Below, one piece after another: positions 52,152 through 64,000 of a DNA stretch of 64,000 bases (the first letter of the stretch is position 1; every line of letters starts with the position of its first letter). Under the pieces are notes generated by a model, which was not told the DNA's origin, made no database searches, and saw only the letters and a list, made by a program, of their open reading frames with translations. This DNA is from Octopus vulgaris (Eukaryota), in contig OX597831.1 of the NCBI GenBank assembly GCA_951406725.2, positions 31,062,001-31,126,000 on the forward strand, given 5' to 3'. The position numbers were made by a program, and so were the translations under genes.

Positions 52152-52895
52152 GAGGCTGTGTGGTAAGAGAGTTGCTTCCGAACCACAAGGTTTCGGGTTC
52201 AGTCTCACTGCATGGCGACTTGGTCAAGTGTCTTCTCCTATGGCCTCGGGCCGACCAAAATTAGTGAGTGGATTTGGTAGATGGAAACTTAAAGAAGCCC
52301 GTCGTATATATATACGTGCGTGTGTGAGTATAAATATATGTATATATGTATATACTTAAATTTAAAATTAAGGATAAAATCCTTAATTTTATCCTTAATT
52401 TTAAATTTATATTTTTCACCGGAATAATTCAATACTGAATTTTTGTTCCGAATAGGCAGATTGTTACCGAAATGTATTGCGAATAAGCCCGCCATTTTCA
52501 TAGATATGTAAAGATAAACATTCGTACATGCTACGACGAATTCTACGGTTGGCTGTCGGGTATGCTATATTGTGTTTTTTCCTTACATGTCTTGAGTTCG
52601 TTGCACTGAAGAGCATAGAATGCATATTCTGCATTGATTGCGAAATGTAACTAAATTCTGTTTTTAAATGACTTGCTTTGAAGTTTTGCATTCGGTACAA
52701 TTTGTTTATTTTAGTAGTTTTGACTGCAAGAGTCCCTCCTAGCGTGCGGTACCTATGAATAATAGTACCCTCTATATAATATAAATATGTATATATTTAT
52801 GTGTATATATATGTATGTATGCATGAGTGTATAAATGTGTGTGTCTTTGTGTATGTGTTTGTCCCCACTACCACTTGACACCAAGTAAAAAGAAA
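52152..52895 (+). mobile_element. SINE B split by an AT-rich insert (about 52355-52775) in its internal microsatellite
   Basis: 5' half 52152-52310, 3' remnant 52835-52895; insert starts with a perfect 23-bp inverted repeat 52357-52409. Confidence 0.65.
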
Positions 52896-53575
52896 GAAAG
52901 GAAAAACGAAAGAGAGAAAATGGTGTTGCCACACTATGTATATGTGCATTTATATATGTAAGTATGTATGAATGTATTTACGTAAATACGTGTCTGTGTA
53001 TTTTGTACGAAGGTGTAATTGGGACTGTTACGAAAGGAGAAGATCGAAGAGAAGGTTGATCGTTGAAGGAAGTGACAACTTATCTAGCAAGGAAAATGGG
53101 TCTGTAGAAATGGGATATTGATTGTAAAGATGAAAAATTAATTAAAGATACAGGAGATTGGCATAGCGAGAATAAACACTTAAATTGAGCTATAAATCCC
53201 CATGAATAAACTTTTAATAGAGAAAGACTACATTGTGATATTCTCAGCTTGATTTTACTATCAATAAGACTAAATTAATACAAGGCTTATCCTGGTTAGA
53301 GTAATATTTAACATATATTTAGAGTTATGTAATGGTGTGGGTTGTTAATATGGAGTGTGTTAAACTACGTAGGTCTTAAAACCATGAAGAGTTAACAAGA
53401 GAGAAACTTAAGAGCTGTACAACAGTTTGTATATTTATTCATCTATGCGATGCATTCCTCGGAAGCTTCGCCATTGTCACGGCCTCACTCGTCCACATTT
53501 TCTTCTTCTTCACCGTCATCGTCATCATCATCATCACCACCACCATAATCATCATCATCATCATCGTCGTCGTCG

Positions 53576-53611
<36 letters not shown>

Positions 53612-54257
53612 TCATCATCGTCATCATCATTCTCATCATAATAGTGTCGAGAAGCCACCTACAGTTTTAGTTATGATAAACTCATCTTCTAAATGGAAAA
53701 TACTGAGAAGAAGAAAATGAAAATTCATCTCCAAGATGTTTTGATGTTTTAACTGGCGTTTTAAGAAGGAAAAATAGCATTTGTTGCCACAGACAAAACA
53801 AAATTGATTCTTCTTAAAAACTGTCCCACTTAACATTTATATACAAACACACACACATGTGGATATGTATAAGCGTATTTAAATAAGTATATATTTATAT
53901 ATATATGCGTGAATTTATGCGTATATGTATGCATTTAGGCATATATATATATATGAATGTGTCTGTTTGTCTATCTGTCTATCTGTCTGTCTATAGGTCT
54001 ATCTCTATGTATATATGTATTCGTGTACTGTTGATTCATAAGCACTTACACATATGTCTATCCATAAGTATTCTACGCATATGCGTAGTTACATTGTATA
54101 TACACATGTACAGACAAACATTATTGTACATACATGTATGTATGCGGGCGTATGCAAGTGCGCTCGTGTTTGGGTGTTGTTTGGATGTGTATGAGCGTAT
54201 ATATATATATGCACCCATAATACATACATATATGTATATATACACATACATACACAT

Positions 54258-54296
<39 letters not shown>

Positions 54297-54316
54297 ACAT
54301 ACATATATACACGCAT

Positions 54317-54351
<35 letters not shown>

Positions 54352-54352
54352 C

Positions 54353-54421
<69 letters not shown>

Positions 54422-55237
54422 TGTATGTATGTATGTATGTATGTATACATTTCATAATTTACATTATCTTTAAAAGTGAAATGAAAAATACTTTGGGGGG
54501 AAAAAGTTTCTTTATGTTGTTCGCATATTTTTTTTTTCTCATTGAAGCAAGTTAGACACATCACTGATAAAAGAAATATTGAATTGATTTGGAGAGGAAA
54601 AAATACTTGTAACTTTCTTTTCTTAACATTCATCTTAATTTCATTGGTATTTTTTTTTATTTGTGCTGTTTGTTTTGTTTTATTTTTTTTTTCTCGTGTA
54701 ATTTTTGAATATATACAAAAATCGTGTACTGAATTTATTTGGCGGTGTAAAAATCCCCGCCGCGAATGAAATAATACAGAAGACAAAATCAAACTAAATT
54801 ACCCTCCTCTAAAACAACAAGAAGAAAAACAACACCAAGAACAACAAAAATTGAATTGTCGCATATTTTAACAGAAGCCCTATAACCCATTATTATTCGA
54901 ATGTTTTTGGGTCTAGCTGCTTTTTAGTTTTATTTCTTGTTAATCCAATAAATAGCTTTAAAACAAATGATGATATTAAAGTATCACAGAGAGCTGAGAT
55001 GATTGCCATAAGCCATTAACAAAGACCAGAATTCATATACACACACACATACGTGTATATATATATATAGATTCGTATTGATTACAATTATATCCGAGAA
55101 GACTGACAGTGAAAAATGAATTTCATATGAAGAAGAGACGAGTAAATATTATTTTATTCTGCCTCATAGACGTACGACAGTTTCTGTGCTGAAGTGTTTT
55201 CTCAAAGTACATTTGAGGCAATACTACAATATATATA

Positions 55238-55450
55238 TCGTTAGCACGCCGGGCGAAATGCTTTGCGGTATTTCGTCCGCCGCTGCGTTCTGAGTTCAAA
55301 TTCCGCCGAGGTCGACTTTGCCTTTCATCCTTTCGGGGTCGATAAATTAAGCACCAGTTACGCACTGGGGTCGATGTAATCGACTTAATACCTATGTCTG
55401 TCCTTGTTTGTCCCCTCTGTGTTTAGCCCCTTGTGGGTAATAAAGAAATA
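55238..55450 (+). mobile_element. SINE A with Tx1-like tail, followed by degenerate SINE D (55528-55745)
   Basis: Family A body, tail TGTCTGTCCTTGTTTGTCCCCTCTGTGTTTAGCCCCTTGTGGGTAATAAAGAAATA. Confidence 0.88.
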
Positions 55451-55458
55451 TATATATA

Positions 55459-55515
<57 letters not shown>

Positions 55516-55805
55516 GTGTGTGTGTGTGGAGGTGTGTGGTTTAGTGATCGTAAGGTTGTGGTTTTGATTTCTGGGCCGCGCGTTGCGTTGTGTGTTGTCG
55601 AGCAAAGCAGTTCATTTCGCCTTGTTTCAGACCACTTACTGGCAAAACTGAGTATTCCTGCGACGGGTCATGTCTTGCGAAGGGTATATGCTCCAGAAAA
55701 TCTGAAAAGTCCGCCCTATGACCCTACATGACTCGAGAACGAGCTTTTTATTCAAATAGATAGAGGTTATTTTAAACTAATTCCAGTATATTTATACTAT
55801 TGTGC

Positions 55806-56300
55806 GTGGAGGCGCAATGGCCCAGTGGTTAGGGAGGCGGACTCGCGGTCATAGGATCGCGGTTTCGATTCCCAGACCGGGCGTTGTGAGTGTTTATTGA
55901 GCGAAAACAGCTAAAAGCTCCACGAGGCTCTGGTTACGACGACGAGGGTTCCGGTTGATCCGATCAACGGAACAGCCTGCTCGTGAAATTAACGTGTAAG
56001 TGGCTGAGCACTCCACAGACACGTGTACCCTTAACGTAGTTCTCGGGGATATTCAGCGTGACACAGAGAGTGACAAGGCCGGCCCCTTGAAATACAGGTA
56101 CAACAGAAACAGGAAGTAAGAGTGAGAGAAAGTTGTGGTGAAAGAGTACAGCAGGGATCACCACTATCCCCTGCCGGAGCCTCGTGGAGCTTTAGGTGTT
56201 TTCGCTCAATAAACACTCACAACGCCCGGTCTGGGAATCGAAACCGCGATCCTATGACCGCGAGTCCGCTGCCCTAACCACTGGGCCATTGCGCCTCCAC
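55806..56300. mobile_element. Inverted SINE C dimer: 5' head on + (55808-55930) fused to near-complete copy on - (55932-56298)
   Basis: About 125-bp near-identical terminal inverted repeats made of the tRNA-like head. Confidence 0.9.
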
Positions 56301-56424
56301 ACGGATCAGTTATTACTGATAAGTAAGTTCCATGAACAAAACTATCGGCCCTTGAGTCACTTTTGACGGTTTCTATCGATTAACAATAAAGGAAAAATAC
56401 ACACACACACATGCAAACATTCGT

Positions 56425-56614
56425 TTATTCTTTTATTTGTTTCAGTCATTTGACTGAGGCCATGCTGGAGTACAATCTTTAGTCGAACAAATCGACCCCA
56501 GGACTTATTCTTTGTAAGCCTAGTACTTATTCTATCGGCCTCTTTTGCCGAACCACTAAGTTACGGGAATGTAAACACGCCAACATCATTTGTCAAGCGA
56601 TGGTGGGTGCACAA

Positions 56615-56703
<89 letters not shown>

Positions 56704-56867
56704 TATACGACGGATGTTTCTCAGTTTCCGTCTACCAAATCCACTCACACAAGGCTTTGGTCGGCCAGAGGCTATAGTAGAAAATACTTGCCCAAAGTGC
56801 CACGCAATGGAACTGAACTCGGAACCATGTGGTTGGCAAACAAGCTTCTTACCACACGCCCACTCAT
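56425..56867 (-). mobile_element. SINE B
   Basis: Family B. Confidence 0.88.
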
Positions 56868-56933
56868 ATAAATATACATAAATTGATCTCTATTTTCCCC
56901 TTTTGTACTAGATTTTAGTTAAATGAGATAATA

Positions 56934-57074
56934 TTAAGTTGTCCCAAAAGTTCGTAAACACTTGCGAAAATTGAATTTTTACTCGCCAAGTACTAACAAA
57001 AACAACAAAAATTATTCCTCAAAATAAAGACCATTATTTTCCAAGGCTTTCTACGAAATTTTGGGACAACCTTA
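56934..57074. mobile_element. Tc1/mariner-type MITE, about 140 bp
   Basis: TIRs TTAAGTTGTCCCAAAAGTTCGTA and TACGAAATTTTGGGACAACCTTA, TA on both flanks. Confidence 0.75.
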
Positions 57075-57792
57075 TAGCTGTATGATCGCAACTAGTGAAA
57101 TTGCCCGCTAATTTGTATGTATAACCAAACAGTTTTACGTACGTATAACTTCAAAATATAATGAAATATACATTTCTAAAATATAGTTCTTCACATTTCC
57201 AAGTTCTCTTTGAACTCTTCCTAGATAGACCACTGTATTAGGGTTTCTGCATTATAAACGGTTAGCAAGTAAACATTTGATATTATTCCCTATTCTGTCT
57301 TACAGTATCGCCGATTCGTGCTCTGTAATAACCCCTATGCGACCTTTCTTTAATGTGAACTTTTAGCTTTTGTGTAAATGATCGACACAAACAGCGCTGT
57401 TGTCCAAAAACCGGTTATGGACATTAAATATATTGTTTCTATGGTATATGACTTATTATAGCACAGGATTCATACGTTTATTCTCAATGAACACCTAGAA
57501 TAATCGCAATAGCTTCATGTAAAATGCCATATGTTTGGTCCGTCTATCGTCGGAATTTTTGTTGTCAGATTCAATAAATAGGTATGAGTTTATTATATCA
57601 CATTATTTATACAAGTTAATGTAATTTTTTAAAAATGTATATCGATCTATAGGAAATGAAATCTTATTTTTGAATCACTGTTTTATGCATACGTATACAA
57701 GCTGTGTCCTTATACTTGGATAAACATAGAAACCCTCCATAACAAGCATAGACACATAAATGTTTTTATAGTCAAGTATACATATATGTAAG

Positions 57793-57843
<51 letters not shown>

Positions 57844-57908
57844 ATACACACACAAACACAAAAACACACATATGGATATAGATATAGACAGATATGTATA
57901 TACGCAAA

Positions 57909-58281
57909 TGTATTTATATACACACAGTTTATACAAACACAAATATATTTCCATGTAGAATGTGTATATACCCGAGCCTATGTATGTATGTATATGTGTG
58001 TGTGTGTGCGTGTGTGCGTGTCTATGCATGTGTGTGTGTGTGTATCTGTGTGTGTGTGTGTAAATGTATAAATATATATATATATTTATAGTCTTTTATT
58101 CTTTTGTTTCAGTCATTTGACAACGGCCATGCTGGAGCACCCCATTTACTCGAACAAATCGATCCCAGGACTTATTTGTAATTGTAGTACTTATTATATC
58201 GGACGCTTTTGCCGAACCGCTAAGTTTCGGGGACGTAAACACACCAACATCGGTTGTCAAGCGAAAGGCGGAGGAGGACAA

Positions 58282-58318
<37 letters not shown>

Positions 58319-58424
58319 CATATATACTCATATATATATATATACATACATAGGCTCCGGCATATACACATTCTATATGGAAATATATTTATGTGTTTGT
58401 ATAAACTGTATGTATATAAATACA
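57909..58424. repeat. About 80-bp imperfect inverted repeat bracketing the 3' half of a SINE B (58095-58290)
   Basis: 57909-57989 vs 58342-58424. Confidence 0.8.
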
Positions 58425-59152
58425 AATGAAACGTGAACTTAACCTCCCTCATCTGCCTCAATAAGGATTCTGGCAGTTTCAGTACCTCACGACAGAACTG
58501 CCTACCTTTGAATTTGGTCGCTAGAAAATTGATATAGGGAAGACGAGGCAGAGAAACAGGAAAAATATGCCGTCTGGGTCAGAAATAATTGGTAAAGGGT
58601 GTGTTATTAATACTAATGACTTGGTTAGCAAAAACAAAAACAAGATTAAATTAAATAAAACAAATATTTTCTAACAAAACTTAAAATATTACTCGCTCCC
58701 TATTTTAATAAGACGATACGAAATAAAACAGTAGTGCAACAAGTATGATATTAAAGGAAAACATACATGACAAATGTTTGGATGATATCTTTAGGCTAAT
58801 AACGGATAGCAGAATTATATGTAAGTTCGCTAGACGGGCTGAAAGGTATAAAATAGATCATTGGTCTGAGTGAAAGCAGGAAGTGGTACGCAAGCTGGCG
58901 ACAAAAGACAGAGACGGACGAGAGGGTAGAGAGGGATCGAGCAGAGAGATATCAGAATATGCCTTTATTGAGTTAGCCAGAAAGTCTGTTCGGTTTTTTG
59001 TTGACACTAAACTTCAAGCACTCTAATAAGTAGTTAACTTCAGTCTGTCTCTTGCTCATGAGCTCTCCTTAAATACTTGATACTTCAACGCAGTTGAACG
59101 CGAAGTTTTGATGAGACAAGTTGTATTTTATGTATTTGGGATCACTCTGAAA

Positions 59153-59730
59153 ATGGCGGGCCAAAAGAAACATTATCGACACCTCATACATTTGTATTTT
59201 AAAAAGGCAAGAAAGTGGTGGGAACCTGCAGGAAGAAATGCCCTGTGCACGGGGTGAATGTTGTTACGAAACATGTGTGCAAGAAGTGCTTTTCAAGATT
59301 TCGACTGGAAAATTTTCTGCTCAAGATACACCTCGCTCTGACCATCAAATGAGATTATCAGCAACAAAATGAAGGAGTTAGTCGACATCAACCGAACTGC
59401 ACAACCAAAATGATCGCCGAAATTCCCAAACATGCAAACCATGTGTTGAAAAACCATATGTATCAACTTGATTATGTCAGCAGGCTCCATGTTTGAATCC
59501 CGAGGTTACTCTAGTCCAACAGATTTCTATTTGCGATTCTTTGCACAAACGTGAAGAAAATAATCTTTTTGGGAGAGAATGATAACGGAACGAAAAATGG
59601 ATGGTCTATGACAACGTGAAACACAAATGATTGTGAGTGAGCGCCGCGAACCAACACAATCAACCTCTAAAGCAGGACTTCCTCTAAAGAAATGTGAAGG
59701 CGTTGGAAGTGTGTTGACTTTTACGAATTC
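59153..59730 (+). pseudogene. Second, older mariner transposase relic (N-terminal half)
   Basis: MAGQKKHYRHLIHLYFKK, DTPRS, QQISICDSLHKREENN, EKWMVYDNVK; many frameshifts; SINE A follows at 59828-60040. Confidence 0.75.
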
Positions 59731-60299
59731 CTAATCTCCTTGTCCAAGCCTGTACTTATGCGCGCAATGTAATACGAGACATCGAGTGAGCATTTGCATA
59801 TGTGTGTTTAAAATTTGCTTGGAGGTCAAGGCGGTGAGCTAGCAGAATCGTTAGCGCGATGGACAAAATACTTAAGGGCATTTTGTCCGTCCTTACGTTC
59901 AAATTATTCCGACCTCGGTTTTACCATTTGTCCTTTTGGGATCGATAAAATAGGTATCAGTTAAGCACTGAGGTTGATATAATCAACTTCCCCACCGTTC
60001 AAAAATTATTGGTTTTGTGCCAGAGTAAGAAAATATTATCTGTTTGGAGACGATATTTGGGTAAGTCAGGGGTCAACGTAGAGTCATGCAATGTAACTCA
60101 TCAACCCTTAACTGTTTCATTTATTTACAATTTATACATTGAAAATGGTGTTTTTCTTTTGTCATTTATAAACAAACGCCCACGATAAACGAGGTGAGAT
60201 ATACTGCCTTACAAGCGCTTGGAAGTGACTGAATTCAAAAATTATGCACCATACTTTCTTAACTATTGATAAGGAAAATCGATCACATTTTTTAACGTA

Positions 60300-60554
60300 A
60301 CTCTTTACTCTTTTACTCTCTTACTTGTTTCAGTCATTTGACTGTGGCCATGCTGGAACATCGCCTTTAGTCGAGCAAATCGACTCCAGGACTTATTGTT
60401 TGTAAGCCTAGTACTTATTCTATCGGTCTTTTGCAGAACCGGTAAGTTACGGGGACGTAAACACATCAGCATCGTTTGTCAAGATGTTGGGGGGACAAAC
60501 ACAGACACAGACACACACACACACACACACATACATATATATATGTATATATAT

Positions 60555-60599
<45 letters not shown>

Positions 60600-60760
60600 T
60601 ATATACGACGGGCTTCATTCAGTTTCCGTCTACCAAATCCACTCACAAGGTTTTGGTCGGCCCGAGGCTATACTAGAAGACAATTGCCCAAAATGCCACG
60701 CAGTGGGACTGAACCCGGAACCATGTGGTTGGTAAGCAAGCTACTTACCACACAACCACC
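60300..60760 (-). mobile_element. SINE B
   Basis: Family B. Confidence 0.88.
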
Positions 60761-60929
60761 CTTGTTTTGAAATCTTTAGAAAGTGACTGAAATCCTACAT
60801 TAAATGAGAACATACATACATACATGTGTGAATGTATATGTGAGAGTGTCTATGTATATAACGTTGGTGACTGTGTGTGCACGCATATATACACACACAC
60901 ACGCATGCACACACACACATACACACAGC

Positions 60930-60960
<31 letters not shown>

Positions 60961-61059
60961 GCACACACACACAGACACACATATGCAAACACACACACAG
61001 ACACACAACTAGGATACGTGTATGCGTATATAAAGATAGGCAGACAGGCTGACATTTCG

Positions 61060-61660
<601 letters not shown>

Positions 61661-61949
61661 TGTGGATGATGCTTCAAACATCATGGTTGACAGTAGCATG
61701 CACTTCAAACAGATACTTCAAGGGAATTATTAAATTTTTTTTTACCAATTTCATCTCTATGTCAACATTCATGAATATCATCACTATTTCGTTTCAGGGC
61801 CCTCTAGATACGATATTCAATATTGAAGAAAAGCTAATTCAGTATTTAAAAAAAATGAATATACGTGTATAAACTAACGGATACACATGTGCATGCAGGT
61901 GTGTGTGTGTGTGTGTGTGTATAAAAGTAAATATGATATGCATATATGA

Positions 61950-62028
<79 letters not shown>

Positions 62029-62170
62029 AAATAGTAAAAAGTGAAAAAACTACAGAAGGCTTGTTTTAAAAGGTTAAAAAATATATATTTGAGTCAATAT
62101 GTCTGAAGAATGTTATAAATTTTTTTCATACAATGACATAAGTTTAGAAGAAATGACCGGTTTCGCGTTT

Positions 62171-62696
<526 letters not shown>

Positions 62697-62856
62697 CAAA
62701 AGAGATATTCTACATATAACCCACATTTTAAATGAAAAATAATTATAATAGTACAATTATTTATTATAACAATCATTATATAAACCATTTTTAACACGAA
62801 TATATAAATATAAATATATATAATACCAGTATAAATATACATATTAATTTAACCAT

Positions 62857-63007
62857 AGGCGTAGGAGTGGCTGTGTGGCAAAAAGCTTGCTTACGAACCA
62901 CATGGCTCTGGGGTAAATTCCCACTGCGTGGCATCTTGGGCAAGTGTCTTCTACTCGGGTCGACTAAAGCCTTGTGAGTGGATTTGGTAGACGGAAACGT
63001 ATATATG

Positions 63008-63049
<42 letters not shown>

Positions 63050-63300
63050 CGTGCGTGTGTGTGTGTGTGTGTCTGTGTCTGTGTGTGTGTTTGTGTATCT
63101 GTATTTGTCCCCCCAAGATCGCTTGACAACCGATGTTGTTGTGTTTACGTCCCCGTAACTTAGTGGTTCGACAAAAGAGGCCGATAGAATAAGTACTAGG
63201 CTTACAAAGAATAAGTCCTGGGGTCGATTTGCTCGACTGAAGGCGGTGCTCCAGCATGGCCACAGTCAAATGACTGAAACATGTAAAAGAGTAAAAGAGA
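62857..63300 (+). mobile_element. SINE B
   Basis: Family B, plus orientation, (AAGAGTA) tail. Confidence 0.88.
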
Positions 63301-64000
63301 AAGTATTGAAGGGTAATTATACCCTTCAACAATTTACTTTAATTTTACTTCTACTCTATAATATCTATCTCATTGTTAGATAGAATATAAATATAATTAA
63401 CATTAAATAAACACCAAACCTATATATATATTTTTAACACCATCCCATTTTTACACAAATCCAGGATTTTGAATGCTTTATAGTTTATTTTTATTTTCAT
63501 AAAATATTATAATCACGCATTTATGACTCTTGGTACTTTTAATATATTTCAATATATAAATATGAAAATTTAAACCACACGTACGTATTGATATCTATTT
63601 TATCCATATAACTTATATACATATTACTAAAGTGAAGCACAAGCTATTTTTCCTCTTATTTTTAAAATATCGAATGACATAAGTACACATATAGTGTTTA
63701 TGAAATAAAGGGAGATAACTAGTCACTCAAATTTTGACCTAGGGAGTTTATCCTGTAACACCGTTTTTAATTTCTCTACCATTTAGCAACATTTGGTGAG
63801 TATGATATAGTTTTTATACACCTTATATTTTAAAAACAAAATATTTTTTCTTCGAACACCAGAAATTATATCCTAATTTTATTCCTAAATAATACCAATG
63901 TTATTCATCCAATCCTCATTTATATTTCCCAATACAGTTTTTGTATATTACACCTCTGACTATGAACTACATCCGGTTTTCGCATAAATCTTTATAAATA

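Overview
Eukaryotic (animal), AT-rich, repeat-saturated 64 kb with no host protein-coding gene that can be supported; almost all ORF-track entries are translations of microsatellites ((TA)n, (CA)n, (TATG)n, (GATA)n, (AAT)n, (AGT)n). The set of tRNA-derived SINEs plus the extreme microsatellite load is what I would expect of an octopus/cephalopod genome (inference, not tested). Recognisable content: four tRNA-headed SINE families (called A-D here, about 45 copies, several with 13-33 bp TSDs), decayed Ty3/Gypsy, Tx1/L1-like, RTE and R4/Dong-like (RLE) retroelement fragments, two mariner relics, a hAT relic, MITEs and two Helitron-like pieces. The most interesting signal is at RNA-structure level: at least five type I hammerhead ribozyme motifs (two intact with full 6-bp stem I at 21455-21504 and 51631-51691; minimal Penelope-type ones at 17955-17989 and 47017-47062; a degenerate partner at 21112-21161 making a 343-bp tandem, retrozyme-like repeat). 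One hammerhead module is fused behind a tRNA-like Pol III head. These co-occur with a series of long perfect or near-perfect fold-back palindromes embedded in (TA)n tracts, often inside the internal microsatellite of SINE family B. Together this suggests a (TA)n-associated, Penelope-like/retrozyme mobilisation system, although fold-back assembly artefacts must be excluded.
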